From the NCBI GenBank assembly GCA_043800705.1, contig JAZDMS010000018.1:5564-69563 (forward strand): 64,000 bases of DNA. Direction: 5' to 3'. Origin of the DNA: Candidatus Altiarchaeota archaeon (lineage in GTDB: Archaea > Altiarchaeota > Altiarchaeia > IMC4 > SCGC-AAA252-I15). How positions within the stretch are numbered: the first letter of the stretch is position 1; each line of letters starts with the position of its first letter. Positions 17,238 through 25,537 of the stretch are shown piece by piece. A program made the translations under genes and the position numbers. The notes below the pieces were generated by a model. That model was not told the DNA's origin, ran no database searches, and worked only from the letters and a program-made list of their open reading frames with translations.

Positions 17238-17738
17238 TCAGTTGAGGACGACTACCTTGTGCACTCCGCTGATCTTAAGTATTTTGTCGATGAGGTTCCT
17301 CGGAATCGGCTTGTCGGTTATGACCGTCAGCTCCGGGTTGTCGAACATCGGGTCGTCGGCGATGACCTGCCTTATCGCTATCCCGGCGGAGCTTATCGTG
17401 TTCGTCACCCCTGCGACGATGCCCTGGCTTGCGGCGTCCGTCGGGATTATCTCTATCGCGCCGTATCCGAGGGCGGGGGCGAGCTCCTTCAGGGACGGCG
17501 TGACAGAAAGCTTACTGAATATGGCCTTCAGCTTTTCGTCGCCGCTTATTGACTCTATCGTCGACTTCACGACGCGCCGGTCCACGTCCAAGACCCTTGC
17601 CACGCTGACCTGGCTCACCTCGACATCCCCCGCTAAAATGAGGCCGTCGGGGGACACCCTGAGGCCGTGTTTCAGGAGGTATTCGGCGACCCTCCTCTGC
17701 CCCCCCTTGCCCGCGAAAGCGGCCTCAAGATTCAGCAT
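17238..17738 (-). CDS. ACT-domain regulator of amino-acid metabolism (COG2150-like)
   Basis: I prefer the ATG at 17738 (MLNLEAAFAGKGGQRRVAEYLLKHGLRV...), because a TATA box lies about 24 nt upstream. The N-terminal 31 aa of the ORF-track model look non-coding. Confidence 0.6.
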   Translation of the reverse strand: MLNLEAAFAGKGGQRRVAEYLLKHGLRVSPDGLILAGDVEVSQVSVARVLDVDRRVVKSTIESISGDEKLKAIFSKLSVTPSLKELAPALGYGAIEIIPTDAASQGIVAGVTNTISSAGIAIRQVIADDPMFDNPELTVITDKPIPRNLIDKILKISGVHKVVVLN

Positions 17739-17757
17739 CGCATAATATTTCACTTGG

Positions 17758-17766
17758 TATATAAAA
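17758..17766 (-). promoter_or_regulatory. TATA box (minus strand cttttatata) for the ACT-domain gene, leaderless spacing
   Basis: The plus strand reads tatataaaa at 17758-17766, centred about 24 nt from ATG 17738. Confidence 0.5.
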
Positions 17767-17907
17767 GAGCAATTATGTGGTTTTTTAGCCATCTGGTGCG
17801 GACGCATGAGCAAAGAAGAGAGGTCCGGGGGCAATAACCATATGCATCTGCCCGGATACCTGCTTTATCGTTCGGTTTTATAGTCTCTTCCTCCTCATAT
17901 CTATCTT

Positions 17908-19197
17908 ATGGTCTATTTCAGCGAGCTTCGCGGCCGTCCCGTCTTCGACGTAGACAAGGCGTTTTTGGGCTCGCTCGTGGACCTTGCCTTCGTGGACGGC
18001 GAACAGTATGCCGGCATCACGCACATTGTGTACAAGGGCGTCGACGGCTATAAGAGGAAGGTGGCGTTCGGCTTCGTCAAACAGCTGGCGGAGACCCCTA
18101 AGAAGGTCGCCGGCTCCGAGCTTGAGATGAACCTCACCACCCGCGAAGAGGACATCACACAGTTTTTTCTGAAGCCGTCGGACCTCCTCGTGAGCGAGAT
18201 ACTGGACAAGCAGGTCGTCGACGTCAACGGCGCGAAGATCGTCAGGGTCAACGACGTGCTCCTTGGGAAGGTCGGCGGCAAATTCTGCGTGGTGGCGGTC
18301 GCAGTCGGCAAACGCAGCCTCTTCCGGCGCCTCGGCCTCGGCCCCTTCATCGGCCGCAGGCTGTCGGAGCACGTCATCCCTTGGGAGAGCGTCGAGGCGC
18401 TTGAGCCCAAGCTCCACGGCCTCCACCTGAAGGTCCAGAAGGACAGGGTAGCTGACCTCCACCCGGAAGACATCGCCGACGTGATGGAGGACCTTTCGCA
18501 CAACGAGCGGGCGCTGATCTTCAAGAGCCTCAACACGAAGAAGGCTGCGGAGGCCCTGATAGGCTCGGAGCCCGATGTGCAGGAGTCGGTCCTGAAGAAC
18601 ATGAAGATGGAGCGGATCAAGGACCTCCTGGAGGACATACCAAGCGACCAGGCGGCGGATATCCTCAGCCTGATGGGGAAATCGAAGGCCGACAAGCTCC
18701 TTTCTTCGATGCGTCCGGACACTGCGGGGAGGATTCGGGGAATCCTCAACTACCCTCCGGAGTCGGCGGCGGCCATCATGGACACATCCTACATTGCGGT
18801 CACTGAAGACTGCACCGCGCAGGGGACGATCGACCTTTTGAGGAAGATATCGCCCCCGTCCGAGACCATCTACCACATCTATGTTGTTGACTTGGAGAAT
18901 CACCCCGTCGGGGTGCTTTCCATCCGCAGGCTCATCATCGCCCCTCCCCAGGTGAAGGTGTCGGAGATAATGAAGAAGGAGGTCATCCACGTCCGGCTGT
19001 CCACGACCAAGGAGGACGTTGCGAAGGCTATAGCGAAATACGACCTGTTCGTGATCCCCGTGGTGGACGACGCCAACATACTGCGGGGGATCGTAAGGGC
19101 AGACGACGTCCTGACCGAGATCATGCCGAAGGAGTGGAAGAGGCACAGGTACATGCCCCACAAATTCAAGCTAAAGAAGAAGAATGGAGCCCAGTAA
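17908..19197 (+). CDS. Soluble MgtE-type cytoplasmic module (PRC-barrel-like N-terminus, MgtE-N domain, CBS pair) without a membrane domain
   Basis: DIADVMEDLSHNERALIFKSLNTKKAAEAL...DIPSDQAADILSLM matches MgtE-N repeats, followed by two CBS motifs. The ORF ends in a basic tail with no hydrophobic segments. Confidence 0.75.
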   Translation: MVYFSELRGRPVFDVDKAFLGSLVDLAFVDGEQYAGITHIVYKGVDGYKRKVAFGFVKQLAETPKKVAGSELEMNLTTREEDITQFFLKPSDLLVSEILDKQVVDVNGAKIVRVNDVLLGKVGGKFCVVAVAVGKRSLFRRLGLGPFIGRRLSEHVIPWESVEALEPKLHGLHLKVQKDRVADLHPEDIADVMEDLSHNERALIFKSLNTKKAAEALIGSEPDVQESVLKNMKMERIKDLLEDIPSDQAADILSLMGKSKADKLLSSMRPDTAGRIRGILNYPPESAAAIMDTSYIAVTEDCTAQGTIDLLRKISPPSETIYHIYVVDLENHPVGVLSIRRLIIAPPQVKVSEIMKKEVIHVRLSTTKEDVAKAIAKYDLFVIPVVDDANILRGIVRADDVLTEIMPKEWKRHRYMPHKFKLKKKNGAQ

Positions 19198-20440
19198 ATC
19201 CGTCTCCTGGCGCAGACACCTGGTCCTGATCATCGGCATAATCGGGCCGGGCATAATCACGGCGTCCGTGGACAACGACGCCGGCGGCATAACGACGTAT
19301 TCCGTCGCGGGCGCCAGGTTCGGATACGGCATGCTCTGGTCCCTCATACCCATCACGGTCCTCCTGATACTGGTGCAGGAGATGTGTTCCCGGATGGGGG
19401 TTGTCACCGGCAAGGGCCTTGCGGACCTGATACGCGAGCATTTCGGCATCAAGGTGACGATCTTCATCATGTTCTGCCTTCTGGTCTCTAACCTCTTCGT
19501 AACGGTCGCGGAATTCGCGGGGATCGCAGCCGCAGGCGGGCTTTTTCACATCGACAAATACGTCCTGGTCCCCCTATGCGCCGCATTCGTCCTGGTCGCG
19601 ACCGTGAAGCTGAACTACAAGATGCTCGAGAAGTTCTTCCTCCTCCTGGCCTTCTTCTATCTGGCATACATCCTGTCCGGCTTCATGTCGAAGCCAGACT
19701 GGGGAGTTGTAGGAAGGGAGTTCATCATGCCTTCGGCCAGCATCACGACGGCATACATGGTCGTGCTGGTGGGGGTGATAGGGACGACGATCACCCCCTG
19801 GATGCAGTTCTATCTCCAGTCGTCGATCGTGGAGAAGGGCATACGGATCAGCGACTACAAGTATTCGAAGTGGGACGTAATCCTCGGATGCATCGTGACC
19901 GATATCGTGTCGTTCTTCATCATCGTCGCATGCGCGACAGTCCTTTACGGAAACGGGATACAGATCGGCGCGGCGGAGGACGCAGCCCTGGCATTGGCTC
20001 CAGCCGCGGGGGAATATGCGTTCCTCCTTTTCGCGTTCGGCCTGTTCAGCGCGGCGCTCTTCGGCGCCTTCATCCTGCCCATCTCTACGGCATTCTACGT
20101 CTGCGAGGCGCTCGGATGGGAGTCGGGGGTGAACAAGAGGTTCCGGGAAGCCCGCGAATTCTACATAATGCTCATACTGATCACCGTCATCGGCGCAGCG
20201 GTGGTGCTGATACCCGACATACCCCTCATCGACCTGATGCTGGTCTCCCAGGTTATAAACGGCGTCACCCTCCCCGTCGTCCTTCTGGCGCTGATCAGGC
20301 TCGTCAACAACAGGAAGCTCATGGGGGAACACGTCAATGGCGGACTCACGAATGCCGTCGCATGGGCCGGGATAGCCCTCCTTATCATGACAGACCTTCT
20401 TATGCTGGCGACGGTCGTTTTCCCCTCATATTTTGCGTGA
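19184..20440 (+). CDS. NRAMP/SLC11-family divalent-cation transporter with non-canonical metal-site motifs
   Basis: 418 aa with about 11 TM segments. TM1 is GPGIITASVDNDAGGITT versus the canonical ...DPGN.... TM6 is GTTITPWMQFYLQSS versus the canonical GA.(I/V)MPHN.(Y/F)LHS. The start overlaps the upstream stop by 14 nt. Confidence 0.8.
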   Translation: MEPSKSVSWRRHLVLIIGIIGPGIITASVDNDAGGITTYSVAGARFGYGMLWSLIPITVLLILVQEMCSRMGVVTGKGLADLIREHFGIKVTIFIMFCLLVSNLFVTVAEFAGIAAAGGLFHIDKYVLVPLCAAFVLVATVKLNYKMLEKFFLLLAFFYLAYILSGFMSKPDWGVVGREFIMPSASITTAYMVVLVGVIGTTITPWMQFYLQSSIVEKGIRISDYKYSKWDVILGCIVTDIVSFFIIVACATVLYGNGIQIGAAEDAALALAPAAGEYAFLLFAFGLFSAALFGAFILPISTAFYVCEALGWESGVNKRFREAREFYIMLILITVIGAAVVLIPDIPLIDLMLVSQVINGVTLPVVLLALIRLVNNRKLMGEHVNGGLTNAVAWAGIALLIMTDLLMLATVVFPSYFA

Positions 20441-20449
20441 ATCGGCGGA

Positions 20450-21232
20450 CTAATGGCCTTGAGAGGTCGTGTTGCCTGCTGGTGTCGTTGTCGTCGTTGT
20501 AGTGTCTGCTGCCGTGGTCGTCGTGGTCGCGGCGACGGTCGTTGTCGTCGTGGTTTGGGCCAGCGTCGTGGTTGTTGTCGGCGCCAGGGTGGTTGTCGTC
20601 GTCTGGTTGGCTGCTATGGTCGTCGTCGTGACGTTGCCCAGGGTGGTTGTCGTCTTTTCAACCGGCCGGGTCGTTGTCGTATTGTCCTTCACGGATTGGG
20701 TCGTGGTCGTGGTCTCATGGGTTGTTGTAGTGGTGGACGAGGTCGGCGCGGCTGCCGAACCGTTGGATTCACTAAGGGGCAGGCAGCCGCTGCTGCCGTC
20801 GCAGAATTCCCCCTCCAGGCACATCCTGATCAGTTCGATCCTTACCTCGCCGGCCTTGCACTTCCCGTTCGCGCATGTCCTGGCCTGAGTGAAGTTGTAG
20901 AAGTTCCCGACCTTGCAGCCCTGGAATGTGGTGAGCTGGCAATCATCATCGGATGCGCACTCCGGCTTGAGGGTGGTCGACGTCGGGGGCATGGTCGTGG
21001 TCGTCGACGAACTCGTCGACGTCGTGGTCGTCGTCTGCATCAGCGTCGTCGGCGGGGTATTGTCGTGTCCCCCTATGTCGATGGCGTTTGAGACAAGCAG
21101 GTAGGTGACCGCAAGAAGCAGGACCCCCATGGTCAGGAAGATGAAGATCATCATGTTGTAGTACGGGGTGGAGACTCCGAAGAACGATCTAAGCTCCCTG
21201 GACCACCTTCTCGAACTACCCTTCAGACTCAA
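20450..21232 (-). CDS. Membrane-anchored, threonine-rich (mucin-like) cysteine-containing surface protein
   Basis: An N-terminal TM segment (MMIFIFLTMGVLLLAVTYLLV), a Cys-rich core (CASDDDCQ...CKVG...CANGKCKAG) and long poly-Thr tracts. Confidence 0.6.
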   Translation of the reverse strand: MSLKGSSRRWSRELRSFFGVSTPYYNMMIFIFLTMGVLLLAVTYLLVSNAIDIGGHDNTPPTTLMQTTTTTSTSSSTTTTMPPTSTTLKPECASDDDCQLTTFQGCKVGNFYNFTQARTCANGKCKAGEVRIELIRMCLEGEFCDGSSGCLPLSESNGSAAAPTSSTTTTTHETTTTTQSVKDNTTTTRPVEKTTTTLGNVTTTTIAANQTTTTTLAPTTTTTLAQTTTTTTVAATTTTTAADTTTTTTTPAGNTTSQGH

Positions 21233-21306
21233 TCAATGACCTCTTTTTCTCTTGGAATTAGTAAGAGGGCTTTCGATTTAATATCCGATTCCGGCGCATA
21301 ACGGGC

Positions 21307-22293
21307 TTATCTGCGCTGCCTCAATCTCCTCGGCAGGCTCATCAGGGGCGATATTATGCTGTTTTTCCATTTTGACTCGTCGGTGAAGAGCTTCTCCTGG
21401 AAAGTCGCGCCGTTTGCGCGCCCGCCAGGCCGGGTGTCGGCCCTCAGGATGAATGCCTTAGGGACCCTCACGGACGGGTTGTCATCGACCAGCGTCAGCT
21501 GCCTTCCACTTCGGGCATCCGGTGCTTTTCGGATGCCTCGCGCCCTGTGTAGGAACACCCTCGGTATCCTGATGGACGGATTGTCTTCGACGAGGGTGAG
21601 CTGCCTGCCTTGTCGCCTCCTTTTCGCCATCTGCCTGGCCCTGCCCCAGATGGGTTGCAGAACCTCGCCCCCGGACAGCCTAATCTGGCATAGGGCCGCG
21701 CCGATAGTCGTCGGCTCCCTCATCCTTTCCCTGCCGACCATCCTTTTTCGCAGGAGGTCGTATTCGCAGATCTGCCGCCCGTCCCTAATTATCGAAAGCC
21801 TCAGAAGCCTTTGGCTTATGTCCTTCTCCTCGTTGGCCTTGAAGTATGCCAGCAATTCCCCGAACCTTCCCTCATCGATTTCCCCAAGCTCTACGACCGC
21901 ATGCAGCCTCGTGCCGAGGTCCGGCTTTTGGAGCTCACAGAATGTGTTCAGCCTCTCTACCAGCTCCGCCCTCAGGGTCTTGAGGCTTTCGGCAGGCTCT
22001 ATGTCGAGGCATATCCCCCTCAGATCGTTTGAGAACCATTTCTTTCCTGGATCGAAGTGCGCGAACTCCCTGATCCTGAAGGATACGAGCCCGGAACCTG
22101 ATGCCGCCTCCTCCACAGCAGCGATGATGTCCGCCTCGTGGGCGGAATTCGCGGGGCCGTACAGGATGATAGACGGGACGTAGTCTTTTGCGACTCCCTT
22201 GATGTTGAACCTCCTGCAAGCCACGTAGATCAGCCTCCGCATATGCTCCCTGGCGTATCCCGCAAGCCTGATATCTATCCTGTATTCTGGCAT
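21307..22293 (-). CDS. 2H-phosphoesterase-like protein with degenerate catalytic motifs and a C-terminal tandem repeat
   Basis: The layout resembles the 2'-5' RNA ligase-like family, but the motif positions read VPSIILYGP and RLHAVVELG instead of HxT/S. The C-terminus has two 34-aa repeats (GRQLTLVEDNPSIRIPRVF / GRQLTLVDDNPSVRVPKAF) and a basic tail. Confidence 0.45.
   Translation of the reverse strand: MPEYRIDIRLAGYAREHMRRLIYVACRRFNIKGVAKDYVPSIILYGPANSAHEADIIAAVEEAASGSGLVSFRIREFAHFDPGKKWFSNDLRGICLDIEPAESLKTLRAELVERLNTFCELQKPDLGTRLHAVVELGEIDEGRFGELLAYFKANEEKDISQRLLRLSIIRDGRQICEYDLLRKRMVGRERMREPTTIGAALCQIRLSGGEVLQPIWGRARQMAKRRRQGRQLTLVEDNPSIRIPRVFLHRARGIRKAPDARSGRQLTLVDDNPSVRVPKAFILRADTRPGGRANGATFQEKLFTDESKWKNSIISPLMSLPRRLRQRR
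21440..21609. repeat. Intragenic tandem duplication, period 102 bp (copies 21440-21507 and 21542-21609)
   Basis: Read directly. The diverged DNA copies encode the two GRQLTLV(E/D)DNPS(I/V)R(I/V)P repeats. Confidence 0.75.
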
Positions 22294-22371
22294 CCGTTTA
22301 GAAATTATTTCTTTTCGGAAATAAGCGGAAAATCATCCCCTGCAGGCCGGGGTCGGGATGCCTCCCCCCTT

Positions 22372-22677
22372 TCAGGCATCCCCCTGCCCCACCCCGATCC
22401 CGATGCATGAGCGCTCCTCCGTCTCGCTTCTGAAATTCAGCCAACCTTTCGGGTCCTCTTCAGCAGCTCCCTGGAAGACGCAGATGGGGCACACATGCCT
22501 TTTTATCTCCTCCATGAAAGACCAGGTCCGGATATCCTGCAAAAGCCTGGTCCCGCATCTTGGACAAATCTCCATTTTGAATGCCGGCGTTCGAACTATC
22601 ATGCCGCTGCCTAACTGCTGCGGCATTATATGCCCCATCACCTCATCAACAAATTGCTCGGCCCTTATATTAACCAT
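22372..22677 (-). CDS. Small zinc-ribbon protein (CPRC...CPIC), unknown function
   Basis: 101 aa with two CxxC pairs 26 residues apart. It lies directly downstream of feoB on the same strand. Confidence 0.5.
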   Translation of the reverse strand: MVNIRAEQFVDEVMGHIMPQQLGSGMIVRTPAFKMEICPRCGTRLLQDIRTWSFMEEIKRHVCPICVFQGAAEEDPKGWLNFRSETEERSCIGIGVGQGDA

Positions 22678-22722
22678 CCGGCCAACTTAGTGCCAAAATA
22701 GGGCCACGGTGCGTTTAATGGC

Positions 22723-24417
22723 TCAAAGAAGGACGAGTCTCATCGTGACTCCAGTGATGGCCGTCACTGCGAGCATAAGGGCCATCGCCTTCAGGAAATC
22801 CCATGGCCCGAATTCGGTGTATAGCACGGTAAGCGTTGCAAGGCATGGGAAGGATATCACGACCAGAGTCGATGCCACAGTCAGCTCCATCGACGACATC
22901 GGTATCGGAGACAGCATGCCGACTGCGAAGTCCTTGCGAAGGAAGCCCACGATGACCGCGATCACCGCCTCCTTGGGTAGGCCGAAGAGGGCCGACATCG
23001 GTGGGCCGAATGTCCTGGCGAACGCGTCGACTGCTCCGGTGGTCTTCAATAGGTTGACTGCGAATACGCCGACCATGATCTGCGGCGCCGCCTCGGTCAG
23101 GAAATGCCTGACCCTCAGCCAGGTCTTCTTCAGCGCGGTCCCAAGCCGCGGCAGCCTGTACGGCGGTATCTCCAGCAGCATCTCCGGGCTGTCTCCCGGA
23201 ATGAGCCTGTTCAAGGCCGTCCCTATCAGCACGAACAGAAGGGTGACGGTTCCGTAGACTATGAGGACGTATTGCAGGCCGCGCGGCGCCAGGAGGCCGA
23301 AGATGACCGCGTTCTGGGCCAGGCACGGGATGCAGATGGAAAGTAGGGTCGCGGATATGAACCTCTGCTTCCTGGTCTCGAGGATCCTCGTCGCCAGTAT
23401 GCCGGGGACCCTGCATCCCATCCCCAATGCCGCTGGGATGATTGCGGATCCGTGGAGGCCCACCCTGTGCATGACGTTGTCAAGGAGCGTTGCAAGCCGC
23501 GGGAGGTAGCCCGTGTCCTCCAGCATGCTGAGTGCGAAGTAGAAAAGGGCGACGAACGGGAGGATCATGGCGAAGGGCACGTAGAAACCCGTAGTCAGCA
23601 GGCCGAGGCCGTCGACTATGTCCGGGCTTGAGTCGATGAGTATGTCATGCAGCGGGCCTGATGGGACGGCGGTCCCTACCACGTACGTCATCGCCGGCGT
23701 CCATACACCCCTGAAGAACGGGTCCAATGCGGCGACGATGGCGTTGCCTGCGCCCACTATTGCGAAAAAGGTCAGAAGAAGCACGAACAGCGCGATCGGC
23801 AGACCGGTCAACGGCTTGATTGTCGAATCCTCCAGAAGCTCGATTAGCGTATGCCCTTTATCGTGTAGGGCCTGAACCGATCCGACTATGTGCCCTACGT
23901 GCTTCCAGCGCTCGTCGTCGGTCCGCTTGGCTGCCTGGGGCCTTGCTTCGCGGAGGCGTTCCACGAGATCCTTCACCCCCTCCCCGGTAACCGCCACCGT
24001 ACCGACGACGGGTACTCCGAGCAGCTCCTCCAGCAGTTTCCTGTCGATTTCCACGCCCAAGTGTTTGGCGTCGTCCGCCATGTTCAATGCGACGACCGCA
24101 GCCTTGCCAGACTCGATGACCTGGAGGGCCAGATAGAGGCTCCTCTCAAGGTTGGTGGCGTCCACTACGTCCACCACCACGTCGGCGGATGCGAGCATGT
24201 CAGCCGCGGCGCACTCTGCGGGGGTTTCGGCGCTGAAGGAATATATGCCCGGAGTGTCCACGACTTCTGCGACGATATCGCCGTATCTCATGGTGCCTGT
24301 GCAGAGGCTGACCGTGGTGCCGGGATAGTTCGAGCAGACGACCCCCACTCCGGTCAGCCTGTGGAAAAGGGAGCTTTTTCCCACGTTCGGATTGCCAAGG
24401 AGCGCGATCCTCATCAT
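22723..24417 (-). CDS. feoB: Ferrous iron transporter FeoB
   Basis: MMRIALLGNPNVGKSSLF G-domain (G1) followed by a polytopic membrane domain; 564 aa. Confidence 0.92.
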   Translation of the reverse strand: MMRIALLGNPNVGKSSLFHRLTGVGVVCSNYPGTTVSLCTGTMRYGDIVAEVVDTPGIYSFSAETPAECAAADMLASADVVVDVVDATNLERSLYLALQVIESGKAAVVALNMADDAKHLGVEIDRKLLEELLGVPVVGTVAVTGEGVKDLVERLREARPQAAKRTDDERWKHVGHIVGSVQALHDKGHTLIELLEDSTIKPLTGLPIALFVLLLTFFAIVGAGNAIVAALDPFFRGVWTPAMTYVVGTAVPSGPLHDILIDSSPDIVDGLGLLTTGFYVPFAMILPFVALFYFALSMLEDTGYLPRLATLLDNVMHRVGLHGSAIIPAALGMGCRVPGILATRILETRKQRFISATLLSICIPCLAQNAVIFGLLAPRGLQYVLIVYGTVTLLFVLIGTALNRLIPGDSPEMLLEIPPYRLPRLGTALKKTWLRVRHFLTEAAPQIMVGVFAVNLLKTTGAVDAFARTFGPPMSALFGLPKEAVIAVIVGFLRKDFAVGMLSPIPMSSMELTVASTLVVISFPCLATLTVLYTEFGPWDFLKAMALMLAVTAITGVTMRLVLL

Positions 24418-25049
24418 GCCACCCGTATCTTAGAAGCCATGCCTCGGCCGATAGTCACGCTTGTGTTCCCGGATTTCACGACTATGGGTCCTCCGAACGG
24501 TTCCCTGGCGACCACCCTGAGGGCCTTACCCTCCCGGACGCCGATGGCCCTCATCCTGTTCTGAAAGCTGTCGCCCCCTTCGAGGGAGTCGACCCTCACG
24601 AGGGACCCTATCATGGCATCGATCAGGGTCTTTTTAGCCCCGTCCAGTGCCTTTGGAATCGGCTTCCGGTCGTCGGGGCAGACTTTTGGGTGCTTCATGA
24701 GCCTGTCCAACGCGTCAGCAGCCTCGTCGGAGAGGCTGTGTTCCATCTTGCACGCCTGGCCGTGGACCCTGCCAATCGAGATCTTGAGGACGTCGTGCAG
24801 GAACCGCTCAAGGAGCCTGTGCTTCCGTTTCAGCTTCGCCGCCGCCTCAAGGCCGGTCCGGGTCAGCGCCACCCCCTTATAGGGCTTCCTCGTGATGTAG
24901 CCTTCGAGGTGGAGCTTCTTCAGCATCTGCGTCGCGGATGCCGGCTTCACCCCCACAGCCGACGCTATGAGGTTCGTCGACGCGCTCTTGCCGTCCTCGA
25001 TCAGACTGTATATGGCCTCGAGGTATTCCTCCCTGTTGTCCGACCTCAC
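24414..25049 (-). CDS. DtxR/IdeR-family metal-dependent repressor with a C-terminal FeoA/SH3-like domain
   Basis: REEYLEAIYSL...ASATQMLKKLHLEGYI..YKGVALTRTG..A.KLKRKHRLLERFL (HTH plus dimerisation helix). The C-terminus LVRVDSLEGG...GVREGKALRVV is FeoA-like. GTG start; the stop overlaps the feoB ATG by 4 nt. Confidence 0.85.
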   Translation of the reverse strand: MRSDNREEYLEAIYSLIEDGKSASTNLIASAVGVKPASATQMLKKLHLEGYITRKPYKGVALTRTGLEAAAKLKRKHRLLERFLHDVLKISIGRVHGQACKMEHSLSDEAADALDRLMKHPKVCPDDRKPIPKALDGAKKTLIDAMIGSLVRVDSLEGGDSFQNRMRAIGVREGKALRVVAREPFGGPIVVKSGNTSVTIGRGMASKIRVA

Positions 25050-25078
25050 ACCATCATATGGGGATGGATGGAATATAA

Positions 25079-25094
25079 ATTTAGGCGTACCTAA
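25079..25094. promoter_or_regulatory. Iron-box-like operator palindrome TTTAGGcgtaCCTAAA abutting the dtxR-feoB TATA box
   Basis: Perfect 6-4-6 inverted repeat resembling the TTAGG...CCTAA half-sites of DtxR/IdeR boxes. The minus-strand TATA (atttatatt, plus 25071-25079) is centred about 26 nt from GTG 25049. Confidence 0.55.
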
Positions 25095-25142
25095 ACAGTT
25101 ATCCCCAATGTCTTATATTCGCCAGCTTCCATTATCCTCTTC

Positions 25143-25535
25143 ATGCCGATAGTGCGCATAGAGCTCGTCAGGGGCCGCTCGACCCTGGAGCGGCGGGCGA
25201 TAATGGATGCGGTACGCCGTACGATCGCGGAGTCTTTGAAGGTCCCTGATGAGTCGATCACCCAGAGGATGTACGTCCTTGACAGGGAATGCTTCGACAT
25301 ACCCCCAGGCAGGTCGGACAAATACGTCCTCATAGAGGTGACGATGTTTCCCGGCCGCTCCAAGGAGGCGAAAAAGAAGATGTATTCCGCCATCGTTGAA
25401 TGCCTTGGCAGGGAAACCGGAATCGACCAGCTTGACGTATTCATCGTAGTGAAGGAGCCTCCCCTCCCCAACTGGGGCATACGCGGCGGGAAGCCGGCGG
25501 ACGAAGCCGACCTAGGATACGAGCTTAAGGTCTGA
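25143..25535 (+). CDS. Tautomerase-family protein (4-oxalocrotonate tautomerase-like, tandem type)
   Basis: Begins MPIVRIEL with the catalytic Pro after Met; 130 aa. Confidence 0.7.
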   Translation: MPIVRIELVRGRSTLERRAIMDAVRRTIAESLKVPDESITQRMYVLDRECFDIPPGRSDKYVLIEVTMFPGRSKEAKKKMYSAIVECLGRETGIDQLDVFIVVKEPPLPNWGIRGGKPADEADLGYELKV

Positions 25536-25537
25536 AG

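Noticed and set aside
17739-17907. Mg2+ (M-box-like) riboswitch upstream of the MgtE-N/NRAMP pair
   Set aside because: No extended conserved helices or M-box-like sequence could be seen. M-box elements are bacterial, and the region is a plain divergent promoter spacer.
20469-21091. Plus-strand ORFs rich in Val/Arg/Gly repeats (20453-21091, 20469-20888), and the ACG/GTC-rich DNA considered as a microsatellite
   Set aside because: They are the antisense image of the poly-Thr coding tracts of the 20450-21232 gene. The repeats are imperfect codon-level low complexity, not a non-coding satellite.
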